Made by a program: the position numbers and the translations under genes. A DNA stretch of 64,000 nt. Origin: Limnothrix sp. BL-A-16. GTDB taxonomy: Bacteria > Cyanobacteriota > Cyanobacteriia > CACIAM-69d. The DNA lies in the NCBI GenBank assembly GCA_041937175.2, contig CP166615.1:928001-992000 (forward strand), in the 5' to 3' direction. The notes below the pieces were generated by a model. It worked only from the letters and a program-made list of their open reading frames with translations, made no database searches and was not told the DNA's origin. This document shows positions 18,547 through 31,100 of this stretch, one piece after another (position 1 is the stretch's first letter; every line of letters begins with the position of its first letter).

Positions 18547-19773
18547 ATGGATTTCGGAGTTGGATTTCTCTCAAACAACGTCATGCTGCCGATCCTGGAT
18601 TTTTTCTATGGAATCGTGCCCAGCTATGGCCTCGCCATCATCGCCCTGACGCTGGTGGTGCGCTTTGCCCTCTATCCGATCAGCGCTGGCTCCATCCGCA
18701 GTATGCGGCGGATGAAGATCACCCAGCCGATCATGCAGAAGAAGATCAAGGACATTCAAGAGCGCTACAAAAACGACCCCACGAAACAGCAGGAAGAACT
18801 CAGCGCCGTTTACAAGGAATTTGGGAACCCCCTGGCCGGTTGTTTCCCGATTCTGGTGCAAATGCCCGTGCTGATTGCCCTGTTCACCACCCTGCGTGGC
18901 TCGCCGTTTGCGGATGTGCCCTATTCCGTGAATCTGCAAATTTTGCCCCAGGAGCAAATTGAGCGGGTGCAACCGGAAGCGTTTGCCACTCCGCCCAAGA
19001 ACATCTACATTTCCGACAGCACCCACTATCCCGTGGTGGGTTTGCTGCCCGGTGGCACGCGCCTGGCCGTGGGTGACACCACCAAGCTGGAGTTCCAAAC
19101 GCCCGAAGGCAAAACCCTGACCACCCTGGCCACAGAAGCCGGTGGGGACATTGACCTCTCGCCCAAGTGGCAGGTGATGAAGGGAGCCGAGCGGGTGCAG
19201 TTGGGCCCCAACGGTGAAATCACGGCGCTGCAACCGGGAGATGTGACCCTGCAAGGGACGATTCCCGGCCTGGCGGCGAGCAAGGGCTTCCTGTTCATCA
19301 GTGCGCTGGGCCATGTGGGCGCAGTGGACGATGAGGGGATCCACTGGGATATTGTGGCGATGGTGCTGCTGTTTGGCTTGAGCCTTTATGTCAGCCAATC
19401 GATTTCCAGCCAAGGGGCAACGGATAATCCGCAACAGGCGGCGGCAAATAAGCTGACTCCGATTATTTTTTCGGGGATGTTTCTGTTCTTCCCCCTGCCG
19501 GCTGGGGTGTTGATGTACATGGTGGTGGCGAACCTGTTCCAAACGGCCCAAGCGTTCATTTTGTCTCGGGAACCGCTGCCGGAGAATATCCAAAAGATGG
19601 CGGAAGCTCAGGGCATTGTGGATGTGAAGGCGGTGGCGGTGGATGGCGCTACGGGCCGGCTGCCGTTTGAACCCAAGAGCACCAAGGCCAGCAGCCCGGC
19701 GAAGAATCAGCCGAGCAAGGGCCCAGGCAACAAACCCAGCACGAACAACAACAAGCAGAAGGGCAAGTCGTGA
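18547..19773 (+). CDS. yidC: Membrane protein insertase YidC
   Basis: [41 protein letters not shown]. Confidence 0.95.
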   Translation: MDFGVGFLSNNVMLPILDFFYGIVPSYGLAIIALTLVVRFALYPISAGSIRSMRRMKITQPIMQKKIKDIQERYKNDPTKQQEELSAVYKEFGNPLAGCFPILVQMPVLIALFTTLRGSPFADVPYSVNLQILPQEQIERVQPEAFATPPKNIYISDSTHYPVVGLLPGGTRLAVGDTTKLEFQTPEGKTLTTLATEAGGDIDLSPKWQVMKGAERVQLGPNGEITALQPGDVTLQGTIPGLAASKGFLFISALGHVGAVDDEGIHWDIVAMVLLFGLSLYVSQSISSQGATDNPQQAAANKLTPIIFSGMFLFFPLPAGVLMYMVVANLFQTAQAFILSREPLPENIQKMAEAQGIVDVKAVAVDGATGRLPFEPKSTKASSPAKNQPSKGPGNKPSTNNNKQKGKS

Positions 19774-20267
19774 TGAGTGATCCGGGCGATCGGGGACGAA
19801 TTTGGCTGGAGGGGCTGCTGGCGCGCTTGGGTTTGCCAACCCAGGTGCAGGCCGAGCACGACCCGATCGATCATGTGCTGAACTATTGGCTCACGATCGA
19901 CGCTTCGCCCTGGTCTCCGGAGCAAATCACCAGCGTGGTGGGTGAAGCGGGGGTGACCCTGGATGCGATGCAGTATTTGGCGAATATGCTGCTGAACGTG
20001 GGGGTCGATCGGGATGACCATTGTGGTTACACGATCGAACTCAACGGCTACCGGGCCCAGCAACGGGCCGAGCTGGAGTCGGTGGCGGCCAATGCGGTGT
20101 CGCAGGTTCGTGAAACGGGGGAGTCGGTGGCGATCGACTCACTCTCCTCATCCCAGCGCAAACAGCTCCACGCCATGCTCGCGGCCTACGAAGACATCGC
20201 CACCCACAGCGAAGGCCAAGAACCCCACCGCCGGTTGGTGGTGGCCCTGAAGTCAACCGAAGCCTAG
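19773..20267 (+). CDS. Jag/KhpB-like R3H RNA-binding protein
   Basis: GEAGVTLDAMQYLAN, LSSSQRKQLH (R3H), SEGQEPHRRLVV. ATG overlaps the yidC stop. Confidence 0.88.
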   Translation: MSDPGDRGRIWLEGLLARLGLPTQVQAEHDPIDHVLNYWLTIDASPWSPEQITSVVGEAGVTLDAMQYLANMLLNVGVDRDDHCGYTIELNGYRAQQRAELESVAANAVSQVRETGESVAIDSLSSSQRKQLHAMLAAYEDIATHSEGQEPHRRLVVALKSTEA

Positions 20268-20396
20268 CTTGACCCGCGCCGCCGGGCCTTGGGGGTTCGG
20301 CGGTTTGGGTCGGGCTGGCCATTCGGGAATGGCCAGTGGTTTGCTGCCATTCCCGATCGCACCCATCTTTACCCTCCCCGCTGCGGGGTTCCTACC

Positions 20397-20903
20397 GTGG
20401 ATTCGGTCTATATTCCCCACATCCTGAAGGCCACCAATCGAACGATCGGTTGGGAATTCAAGGATTTTCTGCCAGGCTTGGAAACCCTCACCCCCGTGCG
20501 CGGCAAGTTGCGTGTGGTTCACCGGGGCAATTTTCTGGAGGTGTCAGCCCAGGCGGAAGGAATTGTGACTCTCACTTGCGATCGCTGCCTTTGTCAATAC
20601 AATCAGCGGCTGGTGGTCGAGACCCAAGAGCCAATTTGGTTGGATGAGGCGGCGGAGTCCAAAGATTTACCCCTGGAACGGGAAATCAGCGCTGAGGATT
20701 TGCAAGAATCCTTGTCGCCAACGGGTTATTTTTATCCCGAAGATTGGCTCTATCAGCAATTTTGTCTTGAACTGCCCGCCCAGCAGCTCTGTAGCGAAGA
20801 CTGCCAAGGGATTCTGGAACCGGAAGACGCTGCGGAGGCCCAACCGGCGATCGATGCTCGCTGGTCTGCCCTGGCTTCCCTGAAGAACCAACTCGATCGC
20901 TAA
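20397..20903 (+). CDS. YceD/DUF177 family protein
   Basis: LTCDRCL, LCSEDCQG, DARWSALASL. GTG start inferred. Confidence 0.88.
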   Translation: MDSVYIPHILKATNRTIGWEFKDFLPGLETLTPVRGKLRVVHRGNFLEVSAQAEGIVTLTCDRCLCQYNQRLVVETQEPIWLDEAAESKDLPLEREISAEDLQESLSPTGYFYPEDWLYQQFCLELPAQQLCSEDCQGILEPEDAAEAQPAIDARWSALASLKNQLDR

Positions 20904-20956
20904 GGCTCCACCGAAAGCCGGTTCTGTGCATGGCTGGCCGCCTTATGCCTAATGGC

Positions 20957-21619
20957 TTAACGGACTTGGCAACGGGGCGGCATTTCCATCAGCGTCAAGG
21001 GTTTCAGCGGCGGATGGCCCACCCACTGGCGCTGAATTTCGCAGTGATTTACCTGGATCGCTTGGTTCGATCGCCCCTGAGTATCCGCCTTGAGCTGAAT
21101 TTGATAATCCGAGGGCAAATTGCGGGCAAAGGGTTTGTTCACCAGCACCTGTGTCCAGCGCAGCGGCGTTAGCTCCGGGGGCGATCGATGCTCACCGATC
21201 ACCCAAGCCGTGTCTGTATTGCCGCTGGTGTAGATGCGGTACTGCTGGTTGAGATTGGGCGACACCAGCGCACCCGCCCAGGCTTGTAGCTCTGCGCCGT
21301 CGCGGGCAAACCGCCCATGCTCCTGATAAAACGCCTGCTGGGCCCGCACCACCGATCCCACCGTGGGCTGCAAGGGAGAACCACAGGCACAGGCCGGCGG
21401 CGAGGCCACCCACACCAGACCACCCGCCAGCACCGTGCTCACCACCAGAGCGCTGGTCAGCCAAGGGGAAACCCGCCAAGCGAAGAATGGGTGCTGGTGG
21501 CTGGGTGCTATGGGGCGATCGGGCGCGGGCTGTCCGTCGTTGGGTTGGTCGCCACGGCTTGCACCAAAATCCGTCTCAAAATCAGAACTTTGAAGATCAG
21601 AACTTTGATGCTGTTTCAT
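20957..21619 (-). CDS. Type IV pilin-like (G/H family) protein
   Basis: TM helix followed by VGSVVRAQQAFYQEHGRFA, typical of cyanobacterial pilin-like G/H proteins. Confidence 0.6.
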   Translation of the reverse strand: MKQHQSSDLQSSDFETDFGASRGDQPNDGQPAPDRPIAPSHQHPFFAWRVSPWLTSALVVSTVLAGGLVWVASPPACACGSPLQPTVGSVVRAQQAFYQEHGRFARDGAELQAWAGALVSPNLNQQYRIYTSGNTDTAWVIGEHRSPPELTPLRWTQVLVNKPFARNLPSDYQIQLKADTQGRSNQAIQVNHCEIQRQWVGHPPLKPLTLMEMPPRCQVR

Positions 21620-21684
21620 ACGGGTGCTTTTGAGGTGGTCTAAGGCGGCGGCAGGGTCATGCCAGCGGGCCGGCGGCGCATGAA

Positions 21685-22245
21685 CTAGCGCAACTTTTGC
21701 TTAATGAACGTCACAAGCTGGGTCAACTGCTTCTTCAGTTGATCCACTTCCGCTTGCAAGGTTGCCACTTTTTGCTCCAGAGCCTGGATTTCAGCGGCAG
21801 AAGCACCCGGAGCCGCCATGGGCGCAGCGGCCGGGGCAGCGGCCGGCGGTGGGGCCACGGCCGGAATCCGCGAAGCGATCCGCATGGCTTCTTTGATGGA
21901 CTCGATTAGCTCTTTCTTTTCAAAGGGCTTTTCGATGAAGGCAAATCGCTCGAAGGGTTCCGAAATTTTTTCGGTCACTTCTTCCTTGCGCCCCGACATC
22001 ACCAGCAGCGGAATCGCTTGCAGGTGGGGTTGGGTTTGAATTTCTTGATAGACTTCCCAGCCGCTCTTTTTGGGCAACAGGAAATCCAACATGATCAGGT
22101 TGGGATGTTCTTGCTGAATGAGCTGTAGCCCTTCGAGTCCGTCTTTGGCTTCGAGGACTTCAAAGTTTCCGGCTGGCAACATTTCTTTGACGCGCTGCCG
22201 AATCACTTTGCTGTCATCGATGACGAGGATTTTGTGTGTTGCCAC
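21685..22245 (-). CDS. Response regulator receiver with C-terminal coiled coil
   Basis: ILVIDD...MLDFLLP...FIEKPF, then Ala/Pro linker and heptad-like tail. Confidence 0.88.
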   Translation of the reverse strand: MATHKILVIDDSKVIRQRVKEMLPAGNFEVLEAKDGLEGLQLIQQEHPNLIMLDFLLPKKSGWEVYQEIQTQPHLQAIPLLVMSGRKEEVTEKISEPFERFAFIEKPFEKKELIESIKEAMRIASRIPAVAPPPAAAPAAAPMAAPGASAAEIQALEQKVATLQAEVDQLKKQLTQLVTFIKQKLR

Positions 22246-22798
22246 GACTTTCTCCTTAGGCTTGCGTGCAGACGAGTCGGGAGTGATAGGGGCGATCGCC
22301 CTTCAAGGGGGCGGCGCGTTGGATGAAAAGTTAGGAAGCGATCGCTTAAGACTGAATTCAGCCACCATCGGGGCCGAAAACAGGCTGGCAATGGGTATCC
22401 CTGCTTAAGATACGAGCGATCGGGACTCTCGGGTAGTATCCGGGGGAAAAATCTTTCCGAAAACTCCCGAAGACCGTTGCAAATCCTGGGGTTGAGTTCG
22501 CCAAAGATTTTCAGCAATATTTCCAGGTCACTGGATCGGCAGCTAAGCCCCTTGGGCCTCTGCGACTCCAGTATATGGCGATCGTCCCGAGGTTTGAAAA
22601 GCCCCACCGCTGGCGTGATGAGTTCCCCGATCGCGGCTGTGGCTTTTTCTGAGGCCGCCTACATGGGCGATCGCCCGGATAGTTGCCCCCCAAATTAGCC
22701 CAAACCCTCGCTCCGCCATCACCCAACCAATTGTCCCGCAATTCTTACGCCACAAATTTTTACGCCACAATAGGGGAAATTCATTTTCCAAAATCCAT

Positions 22799-23719
22799 TT
22801 GCCGCCTGTGTCGCCGTCCTCTTCTTCCAGTGCCGCCAGTTCCGCTGTGCCCGACGGGTTGCCTACCTGGCTGAAGCCCCGATTAGGCCGGGCCAGTGAG
22901 TTAGCCGAAGTGCAGCGCATTATCAAGCAGCGGCAAATTCACACCATTTGCGAGGAGGGCCGCTGCCCCAATCGGGGGGAATGCTATGCCAATCGAACCG
23001 CAACGTTTCTGTTGATGGGGCCCGTTTGTACCCGATCGTGCGGTTTTTGCCAGGTGGACAAGGGCCATGCGCCAATGCCGATCGACCCGGAGGAACCCCG
23101 CAAGGTGGCGGAGTCGGTGGCGCTGTTGGGGTTGCGCTATGTGGTGCTGACTTCGGTGGCGCGGGATGATTTGCCCGATGGGGGCGCAAGTGTATTTGCA
23201 CAGACGATCGCCGCCATTCGATCGCAATGCCCTGGCACGGACATTGAAGTGTTGACCCCGGATTTTTGGGGCGGCCAGCCTGACCCTCGGGCCAAGCAGC
23301 GATCGCGGGTGGAAGCGGTGGCGGCCTTGCGCCCCGCTTGCTATAACCACAACCTGGAAACGGTGGAGCGGCTGCAAGGCCCCGTGCGGCGTGGGGCCAA
23401 ATATCACCGATCGCTGGATGTGTTGCGCTGGGTGAAAGAACTGGATCCCACCATTCCCACCAAGTCCGGGCTGATGTTGGGCCATGGGGAAACGGAGGCG
23501 GAAATCTTGCAAGCCCTGCAAGATTTGCGATCGGTGCATTGCGATCGGCTGACCTTGGGCCAATACCTACGCCCGTCCCTAGACCATCTACCCGTCCAAA
23601 AATATTGGACACCGGCCGAATTTGACCGCCTGGGAAACCTGGCCCGTGAGCTGGGATTTACCCAGGTGCGATCGGGGCCCCTGGTACGCAGTTCCTACCA
23701 TGCGGGGGAGGCGGATTGA
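22799..23719 (+). CDS. lipA: Lipoyl synthase
   Basis: [12 protein letters not shown] (CX4CX5C), CTRSCGFC radical-SAM motif, RSSYHA. Confidence 0.96.
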   Translation: MPPVSPSSSSSAASSAVPDGLPTWLKPRLGRASELAEVQRIIKQRQIHTICEEGRCPNRGECYANRTATFLLMGPVCTRSCGFCQVDKGHAPMPIDPEEPRKVAESVALLGLRYVVLTSVARDDLPDGGASVFAQTIAAIRSQCPGTDIEVLTPDFWGGQPDPRAKQRSRVEAVAALRPACYNHNLETVERLQGPVRRGAKYHRSLDVLRWVKELDPTIPTKSGLMLGHGETEAEILQALQDLRSVHCDRLTLGQYLRPSLDHLPVQKYWTPAEFDRLGNLARELGFTQVRSGPLVRSSYHAGEAD

Positions 23720-23773
23720 GCTGAAGGATTGCCCAAATAATCGCCCATGGGTCGATCTCGCCTGATCACTCCC

Positions 23774-24310
23774 TTACAGGCTCAAGGGGCGATCGCCGTC
23801 GGTGAAATAGACCCGATCGACCGGCCAAAGTCGATTGCGCGTGAGGGTCGCCTGCAAACTGCCAAACAGGGTTAACTGTTCGCAACTGGATAGGGATTGA
23901 AACTTGCGGCGGCCATCGGGATTCAGGCGCAGGTCAATGGTGACCGATCGCTTGGCCGTGTCCAAGCTGATGCGATAGTGGCGCAGGTCAAAGGCCGGAT
24001 CGGGTTTATCGCCAGTGGCTTCAATCAACAGCCGCCCCACGGCCGCTTCCAAGGGGCGATCGCGCGGGACTTTCACGGACTGGGCCACCAAGCCTTTGCA
24101 AGCACCGTCCGGTTTATATAGATCCACCGAAACCGTATCGGGCAGTGGATCCGAATCAATTGCCGCCGCCTGGGCGGAAGGGTCGCCGGTCAAATTACAG
24201 CCCGCCAACCCCGGCACAGCCGCCAGGGCCAGCAGCGCCAAGACCAGAGCAGCACGGCGAGGGGTTGCGGGTCGCGAAGACTGAGGAAACCTGGGGCGAT
24301 CGAGCATCAT
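23774..24310 (-). CDS. Lipoprotein, GerMN-like domain
   Basis: Lipobox LAGC after a hydrophobic stretch; TIDL...LSSCEQ..LFGSLQATLT...V.F pattern. Start inferred. Confidence 0.7.
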   Translation of the reverse strand: MMLDRPRFPQSSRPATPRRAALVLALLALAAVPGLAGCNLTGDPSAQAAAIDSDPLPDTVSVDLYKPDGACKGLVAQSVKVPRDRPLEAAVGRLLIEATGDKPDPAFDLRHYRISLDTAKRSVTIDLRLNPDGRRKFQSLSSCEQLTLFGSLQATLTRNRLWPVDRVYFTDGDRPLSL

Positions 24311-24739
24311 GGCGAAAATTCCAACGAGGAGTAGTGCTGAAGGGGTGCTGAAAGGAAGGTGACTCAATCTTGCCGGTTTGGGTCAGCCAGCGTCCCCGAA
24401 CTGGAAAGCTTTCTGAATTGGGTCTGAATGGAGTCTGAATTGGGGCCAGATCCATGATTGGTCGGGGACTGGGCGGCAGGGGGTCGGGGGCTGAATGGGG
24501 TGTTTAAAATCTAGTGCTGATTGGGCGCTGAATCGATGTTTGCTTGGGTGCTTGGTCGTTGATTGGCCGGTGCTTGATCGGTTCTTCAAAGGCGCGATCG
24601 CCCAATCCGTATAAACCGCCTTGTAAACCATGGATTCGGCCCCTGATTCGATCGCCGGGGCAAATCCCCTCCACCAGCGCACCCGTTTGCGCTGCATTTG
24701 CGCTTCAATGGATTGCTGGCCCGCATTTCCCCTCGCCCC

Positions 24740-25735
24740 ATGACCACTGCAAGCTGGACCCACCGCCACGTCTTATCGTTGGCGGAGTTCTCGCGCGAAG
24801 ACTACGACACCGTGTTGACCACCGCCGCTAGTTTTCGCGAGGTGTTGTCCCGTCGCACTAAAAAAGTGCCCACCCTTCAGGGGCAAGTGGTCACCAACCT
24901 GTTTTTTGAACCCTCGACCCGCACCCGCAGCAGTTTTGAGCTGGCGGCCAAGCGCCTGTCAGCGGATATTCTCAACTTTGCGCCGGGATCATCTTCGCTC
25001 ACCAAGGGGGAAACGATCCTAGACACAGCCAAAACCTATTTGGCCATGGGGACGGACATTATGGTGATTCGGCACCAGCAGGCCGGTGTGCCCCAGTCGA
25101 TCGCGGCGGAGATGGATCGGCTGCAGTCCGGGGTGAGTGTGCTGAATGCGGGGGATGGTCAACACGAACACCCTTCCCAGGGATTGTTGGATCTGTTCTC
25201 CATCTGCCAGGTGTTGAATCCCCAAAAACCGTCGATCGGGGACTTGCGGGGTAAAAAGGTGGCGATCGTGGGCGATATTTTGCACTCACGGGTGGCCCGA
25301 TCGAACCTGTGGAGTCTGACGGCTGCGGGGGCGGAAGTCCATTTGGCCGGGCCGCCAACCCTGTTGCCTCGGGAATTTGCCCAATTTTTGCCGCCAACGG
25401 CCGATCGATCGCCCCTCCAAATCCATTGGCAACTGGAGCCGGCCTTGGCCGATGCAGATTTTGTGATGACCCTGCGGTTGCAACAGGAACGGATGAGCCA
25501 ACACCTGTTGCCCAGCTTGCGGGAATATCACCAACGCTATGGCATCACGCGCGATCGACTGCGGCTCTGTCAGCCCCAAGTGCGGGTGTTGCACCCGGGC
25601 CCCACGAATCGCGGCGTGGAGTTGGCTTCCGATGTGATGGATGACCCGGCCCTGAGCTTGGTTCCGGATCAGGTGACCAGCGGCATTGCGGTGCGCATGG
25701 CGTTGCTTTACCTGATTGGGGGCGGCAAGGGCTAA
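24740..25735 (+). CDS. pyrB: Aspartate carbamoyltransferase catalytic subunit
   Basis: [37 protein letters not shown]. Confidence 0.96.
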   Translation: MTTASWTHRHVLSLAEFSREDYDTVLTTAASFREVLSRRTKKVPTLQGQVVTNLFFEPSTRTRSSFELAAKRLSADILNFAPGSSSLTKGETILDTAKTYLAMGTDIMVIRHQQAGVPQSIAAEMDRLQSGVSVLNAGDGQHEHPSQGLLDLFSICQVLNPQKPSIGDLRGKKVAIVGDILHSRVARSNLWSLTAAGAEVHLAGPPTLLPREFAQFLPPTADRSPLQIHWQLEPALADADFVMTLRLQQERMSQHLLPSLREYHQRYGITRDRLRLCQPQVRVLHPGPTNRGVELASDVMDDPALSLVPDQVTSGIAVRMALLYLIGGGKG

Positions 25736-25793
25736 CTTGTTAACTCATTCTCCAGTCAAGCATCCGGGGGCAATTGCGCCACCGTTTAACAAA

Positions 25794-26777
25794 ATGCCGG
25801 TTTATTGGTTTTGGGGTGAGGATGACTTTGCGATGCAGCGGGCGATCGACCCGTTGCGATCGCGCGTGGATGCGGCTTGGGAAAGTTTTAATTTTGAAAA
25901 AATCCCGCCCGATCGCGAGGATGGCCTGTTGGTGGCCCTGGCCCAGGCGGTGACTCCTCCCTTTGGGGCGGGCGATCGGCTGGTGTGGCTGGCGGAAACG
26001 GTCTTGGCCCAACGCTGTCCCGATGATTGGTTGCGGGAGTTGGAACGCACCCTGCCCCAAATTCCCGACAATGCCATTTTGCTGCTCACCTCCCGCCCAA
26101 AGCCCGATGGCCGCCTCAAGTCCACCAAATTGCTCCAAAAGGCCAAAAACACCGAAATTCAGGAATTTTCCCCGATTCCTCCTTGGAAAACCGAGGAGTT
26201 GTTGCAACAGGTGAAACGAGCTGCCCAAGCGATGAAGGTGAAAATTAAGCCCGAAGCGGCGGAGTTGTTGGTGAACGCGGTGGGCAACAACACGCGCCAA
26301 CTCTACAGCGAGCTGGAAAAGCTGCAATTATTTGTGGGCGATCGCCCGATCGGTACGGAAGACATCAATCGCCTGGTTTCCGTTTCCACCCAAAGCAGTT
26401 TGGAGCTGGCGAAGGCCATGTCTTTGGGGCAAATTTCCCAATCGTTGAAGCTGATTGCGGATTTGATTGCCCGGAATGAAAATCCCTTACGGATTCATGC
26501 TTCTTTGGTCACTCAGTTTCGACTGTGGCTGTGGGTGAAGCTGATGCTCGATCGGGGCGAGCGGGATGATTTGGTGATTGCCAAGGCGGCGGATTTGGGG
26601 AACCCCAAGCGACTATTTTTCATTAAGAAAGAAGTGCAACCCATGGGACTCAAAGCACTCCAAAAAAGCCTCCAGCTTCTCTTGGAGCAAGAAACCCTCC
26701 TGAAGCGGGGCAGCGACCCGATCGAAACGCTGCAATCTAAGGCGATTGAACTCTGTTTGCTGTTCCAAAAAAACTAA
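25794..26777 (+). CDS. holA: DNA polymerase III delta subunit
   Basis: MPVYWFWGEDDF, TPPFGAGDRLV, KPDGRLK, ELEKL. Confidence 0.9.
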   Translation: MPVYWFWGEDDFAMQRAIDPLRSRVDAAWESFNFEKIPPDREDGLLVALAQAVTPPFGAGDRLVWLAETVLAQRCPDDWLRELERTLPQIPDNAILLLTSRPKPDGRLKSTKLLQKAKNTEIQEFSPIPPWKTEELLQQVKRAAQAMKVKIKPEAAELLVNAVGNNTRQLYSELEKLQLFVGDRPIGTEDINRLVSVSTQSSLELAKAMSLGQISQSLKLIADLIARNENPLRIHASLVTQFRLWLWVKLMLDRGERDDLVIAKAADLGNPKRLFFIKKEVQPMGLKALQKSLQLLLEQETLLKRGSDPIETLQSKAIELCLLFQKN

Positions 26778-27001
26778 GCAGCAGAATCATTGTCTTCCAA
26801 AAAGTAATGGCTCAAGCAGGATCAAAATCTCAAAGAATAATCGACAAATGGTCGGCCAACGGATCGGCTAATTGATTAAATCCTTGCTGATTTTAGCTTC
26901 AAACTCCAAGAAATTTGCGACAATAGGCATAGGACAAAAAATCAGACAAAGATTAATTGCCTCCCGATTTGCAGCACCAAAATTTCAAGCAGGGAATACC
27001 A

Positions 27002-28075
27002 GTGGCTCCACCCCCCATCCGAGTGCTGTTGGTTGAAGATTCCGAAATTGCCATCCGACTCCTGCGGCGGGCGATCGAGAGTAATGGTGCGCTGCAAGTG
27101 GTGGGCACGGCCCGCACGGGACTGGAAGGGTTGGAACTCCTGAAAGCCACCGATCCCGATGTGATTTGCACGGATTTGCACATGCCGCGCATGAATGGGC
27201 TGGACTTTACCCGCGAGGTGATGGGGCGATCGCCCCGGCCCATTTTGGTGATCAGCAACTCCGTTCGTGAAAACGATCAACGCACGGTGTTTGAGTTGCT
27301 GGAGGCGGGGGCAGTGGATGTGTTTCCCAAGCCGGTGATGAGTTCGCCGGAGCAATATACCCAAGTGGCGACCCAGTTGATTGCCAAAATTCGAGTGCTG
27401 GCGGGGGTGAAGGTTTTCAAGCTGCGGCGATCGCCATCCTCCTCGCCGTCACCCGCGATCGCGCTGCCGTCGGCGCTGGTGCAAGGGCCGGTGACCGAAC
27501 GGGCGATCGGGGCGATCGGCGCTTCCACGGGCGGCCCCCAGGCCCTGCGGGAGATTTTGAGCCAATTACCGCCGCGTTTTCCCCTGCCGCTGGTTTGCGT
27601 GCAACATATCAGCACGGGCTTCTTGCGGGGGTTGCTGGATTGGCTCAGCCTCAATTGCGCGCTGTCGATTCAAATTGCCCAGACGGGCCAAACTCCCCAG
27701 CCGGGCGTGATTTACTTTCCGCCGGAAGGTCACCAGTTGGAGTTTGATCCGCAAGGGCGGTTCGTTACCTTTCGCACGGAACCGGTGGATGGCCATTGCC
27801 CCTCGGTGACGGCCACCTTTCGCTCCATGGCTCGGGTCTTTGGCAAGCGGGCGATCGGGATTTTACTGACGGGCATGGGCAACGATGGCGCAAGGGGCCT
27901 GTTGGAACTGTCCCAAGCGGGCGGCTGGACGATCGCCCAGGATGAAACTAGCTCTGTGGTGTTTGGAATGCCCCGAACGGCGATCGAGCTGGGCGCGGCC
28001 AAACAGGTGCTCCCCCTCAGCTCGATCGCCCTGCATTTGGTGGAACGCAGCGGCAGCCTGGCCCGCTCTGGCTGA
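27002..28075 (+). CDS. cheB: Chemotaxis response regulator protein-glutamate methylesterase
   Basis: REC domain (LVED..TDLHMP) plus esterase motifs [24 protein letters not shown]. Start GTG 27002 or TTG 26957. Confidence 0.93.
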   Translation: MAPPPIRVLLVEDSEIAIRLLRRAIESNGALQVVGTARTGLEGLELLKATDPDVICTDLHMPRMNGLDFTREVMGRSPRPILVISNSVRENDQRTVFELLEAGAVDVFPKPVMSSPEQYTQVATQLIAKIRVLAGVKVFKLRRSPSSSPSPAIALPSALVQGPVTERAIGAIGASTGGPQALREILSQLPPRFPLPLVCVQHISTGFLRGLLDWLSLNCALSIQIAQTGQTPQPGVIYFPPEGHQLEFDPQGRFVTFRTEPVDGHCPSVTATFRSMARVFGKRAIGILLTGMGNDGARGLLELSQAGGWTIAQDETSSVVFGMPRTAIELGAAKQVLPLSSIALHLVERSGSLARSG

Positions 28076-28161
28076 TTCCCCCCGCAGGCCCTCGCGTCCG
28101 GGAACCCGATAGGCCACAATGGAGAGCGCATCATCCATCGGTTCGATCGGGTTCTCCTGCC

Positions 28162-31100
28162 ATGTCTTTTGTTGGTCTCCACATCCACAGCGATTACAGC
28201 CTGCTCGATGGGGCGAGTCAACTGCCCGCTTTGATCGATCGGGCCATGGAACTGGGAATGCCCGCGATCGCCCTGACGGATCACGGAGTGATGTATGGGG
28301 CGATCGAACTGCTGAAAGTTTGTCGCGGCAAACCCATTCGCCCCATTATTGGCAACGAAATGTATGTCATCAATGGCAGCCTTGATGACAAACGAAAATT
28401 ACCGAAATATCACCAAGTTGTCCTGGCGAAAAATAAGCAGGGCTATAAAAATCTCGTCAAACTAACTACCGTTTCTAACCTGCAAGGGGTGCGTGGAAAA
28501 GGCATTTTTGCCCGTCCTTGTATTAATAAAGAATTACTAGAAACCCATCATGACGGCCTAATTGTTACCAGTGCTTGCTTAGGTGGCGAGATTCCCCAAG
28601 CCATCTTGGCCGGGCGCTTTGACGTGGTGGAACGGGTTGCCCAATGGTACAAAGAAATTTTTGCCGATGATTTTTATCTGGAATTGCAAGATCACGGCTC
28701 CCAGGAAGATCGGGTGGTGAATGTGGCGCTGGTTCGGCTCGCTCGCCAGTTCGATATTCAACTGATTGCCACCAACGATTCCCACTTCATTTCCTGCTTT
28801 GATGTGGAAGCCCATGATGCATTGCTTTGCATCCAGACCGGCAAACTAATTACAGAAAATAAACGACTGCGCTACAGCGGTACGGAATATCTGAAATCGG
28901 CCGAAGAAATGGCTCAATTGTTTCGCGATCACCTCACCGATGATGTGATTCAAGAGGCCATTAGCAACACTCTGAAGGTGTCCGAAAAAATCGAAGATTA
29001 CGACATTTTGGGCCAACCCCGGATTCCCGACTTTCCAGTTCCCCCGGGTCACACGGCCGATACCTATGTGGAAGAAGTGGCTTGGCAAGGTCTTTGTGAT
29101 CGCTTGGGTTTGGCCTCTCGACAGGAATTAATCGATCGTCATCCTGAGTACACAGAGCGCCAAACCTACGAACTAAACATGCTGCAACGCATGGGCTTTT
29201 CGGCCTATTTCCTTGTGGTTTGGGACTACATCAAATTTGCTCGCGATCACAACATTCCCGTGGGCCCCGGTCGGGGCAGTGCCGCCGGTTCCCTCGTCGC
29301 CTATAGTCTCGGAATTACCAATATTGATCCAGTACACCATGGCTTGCTGTTTGAGCGATTCTTGAACCCAGAACGGAAATCCATGCCAGACGTGGATACG
29401 GATTTCTGCATTGAAAAACGGGATCAAGTAATTGATTACGTCACCCAAAAATATGGAACCGATCGGGTGGCGCAAATTATCACCTTCAACCGGATGACCT
29501 CCAAAGCCGTGTTGAAGGATGTGGCACGGGTGCTGGATATTCCCTACGGGGAAGCCGATCGAATGGCCAAAATGATTCCCGTTTCGCGGGGCAAGCCAGC
29601 CAAGTTAAAAGTGATGGTTTCTAACGAAACACCCGCCCCCGAATTTAAGGAAAAATATGATAAAGATGAGCAGGTTCCCGGCGCGTTACCGGGGGTGACC
29701 TATCGCCGCTGGCTCGATATGGCTATGCGGATTGAAGGTACTAACAAAACCTTTGGGGTTCATGCGGCCGGCGTGGTCATTTCCGCCGATCCCCTCGATG
29801 AAATTGTGCCCTTACAACGCAACAATGATGGCTCGGTGATCACTCAATATTACATGGAAGATATTGAGGCCGTTGGATTGCTGAAGATGGACTTTTTGGG
29901 TTTGAAAAACCTAACCATGATCCAAAAAACCATTGATTTGATTGAGCGCACCAGTGGCAAAACCATTGATATTGATAGTGTGCCGGAAGATGATCCCAAT
30001 GCTTACAAACTGCTTGCTAGTGGTGATTTGGAAGGGATCTTTCAGTTGGAATCTTCCGGAATGCGCCAGGTGGTGCGTGATTTGAAGCCGTCTAATTTGG
30101 CTGATATTTCTTCAATTTTGGCGCTCTATCGGCCAGGGCCCCTTGATGCCGGTCTGATTCCACAGTTTATTAACCGGAAGCATGGTCGAGAGGCGATCGC
30201 CTATGACCACGAAATGTTGGAACCGATTTTGAACGAAACCTACGGGGTTTTGGTGTTCCAAGAACAGATCATGAAAGTCGCCCAAGAGTTGGGGGGCTAT
30301 ACCTTGGGTGAAGCGGATCTGCTGCGGCGGGCCATGGGGAAAAAGAAAAAGGAGGAAATGGAAAAACACCAAAGCATTTTTGTTGATGGGGCCGCACGCA
30401 ATGGCATTAAGAGCAAAATTGCCGAAAGTTTGTTTGAGCAGATGGTGAAGTTTGCGGAATATTGCTTTAACAAATCCCACTCGGCAGCCTATGGCTATGT
30501 GACCTACCAAACGGCTTATTTGAAAGCCAATTATCCCGTTGAATATATGGCGGCGTTGTTGACTTCCAACAGCGACGATCGGGATAAGGTGCAAATGTAC
30601 ATTGCCAGTTGTTTGCGCCTGGGCATTGACGTGGAGCCGCCGGATATTAATCGATCGGATGTGGATTTCACACCGCTCAAGGATGCGTCTGGAAAACGGG
30701 GCAAAATTCTGTTTGGCTTAGGTGCAGTTCGGAACTTGGGCTTAGGGGCGATCGAGTGTTTGTTGCAGGCGCGATCGGAAGGTGGACTCTTTCAATCTTT
30801 GGCCGATTTGTGCGATCGAATTGACTTGCGATCGGTCAACCGACGGGCCTTGGAAGCATTGGTGCAGTGCGGTGCATTGGACTGTTTGCAAGCCAATCGC
30901 CGTCAATCAATGGCTGATTTGGAGTTAATTATCGATTGGGCCCATAGCCGGGCAAAGGATCGGGCCAGTGGCCAGGGTAATCTGTTTGATTTGGCTATGG
31001 GAGTGGAATCTTCAAATCATGCCAAAACACCGGAGAATGTGTTGGATTTGGCTCCCAAAGCGCAACCGATGGATGATTATCCCAAACAAGAACGGTTGAA

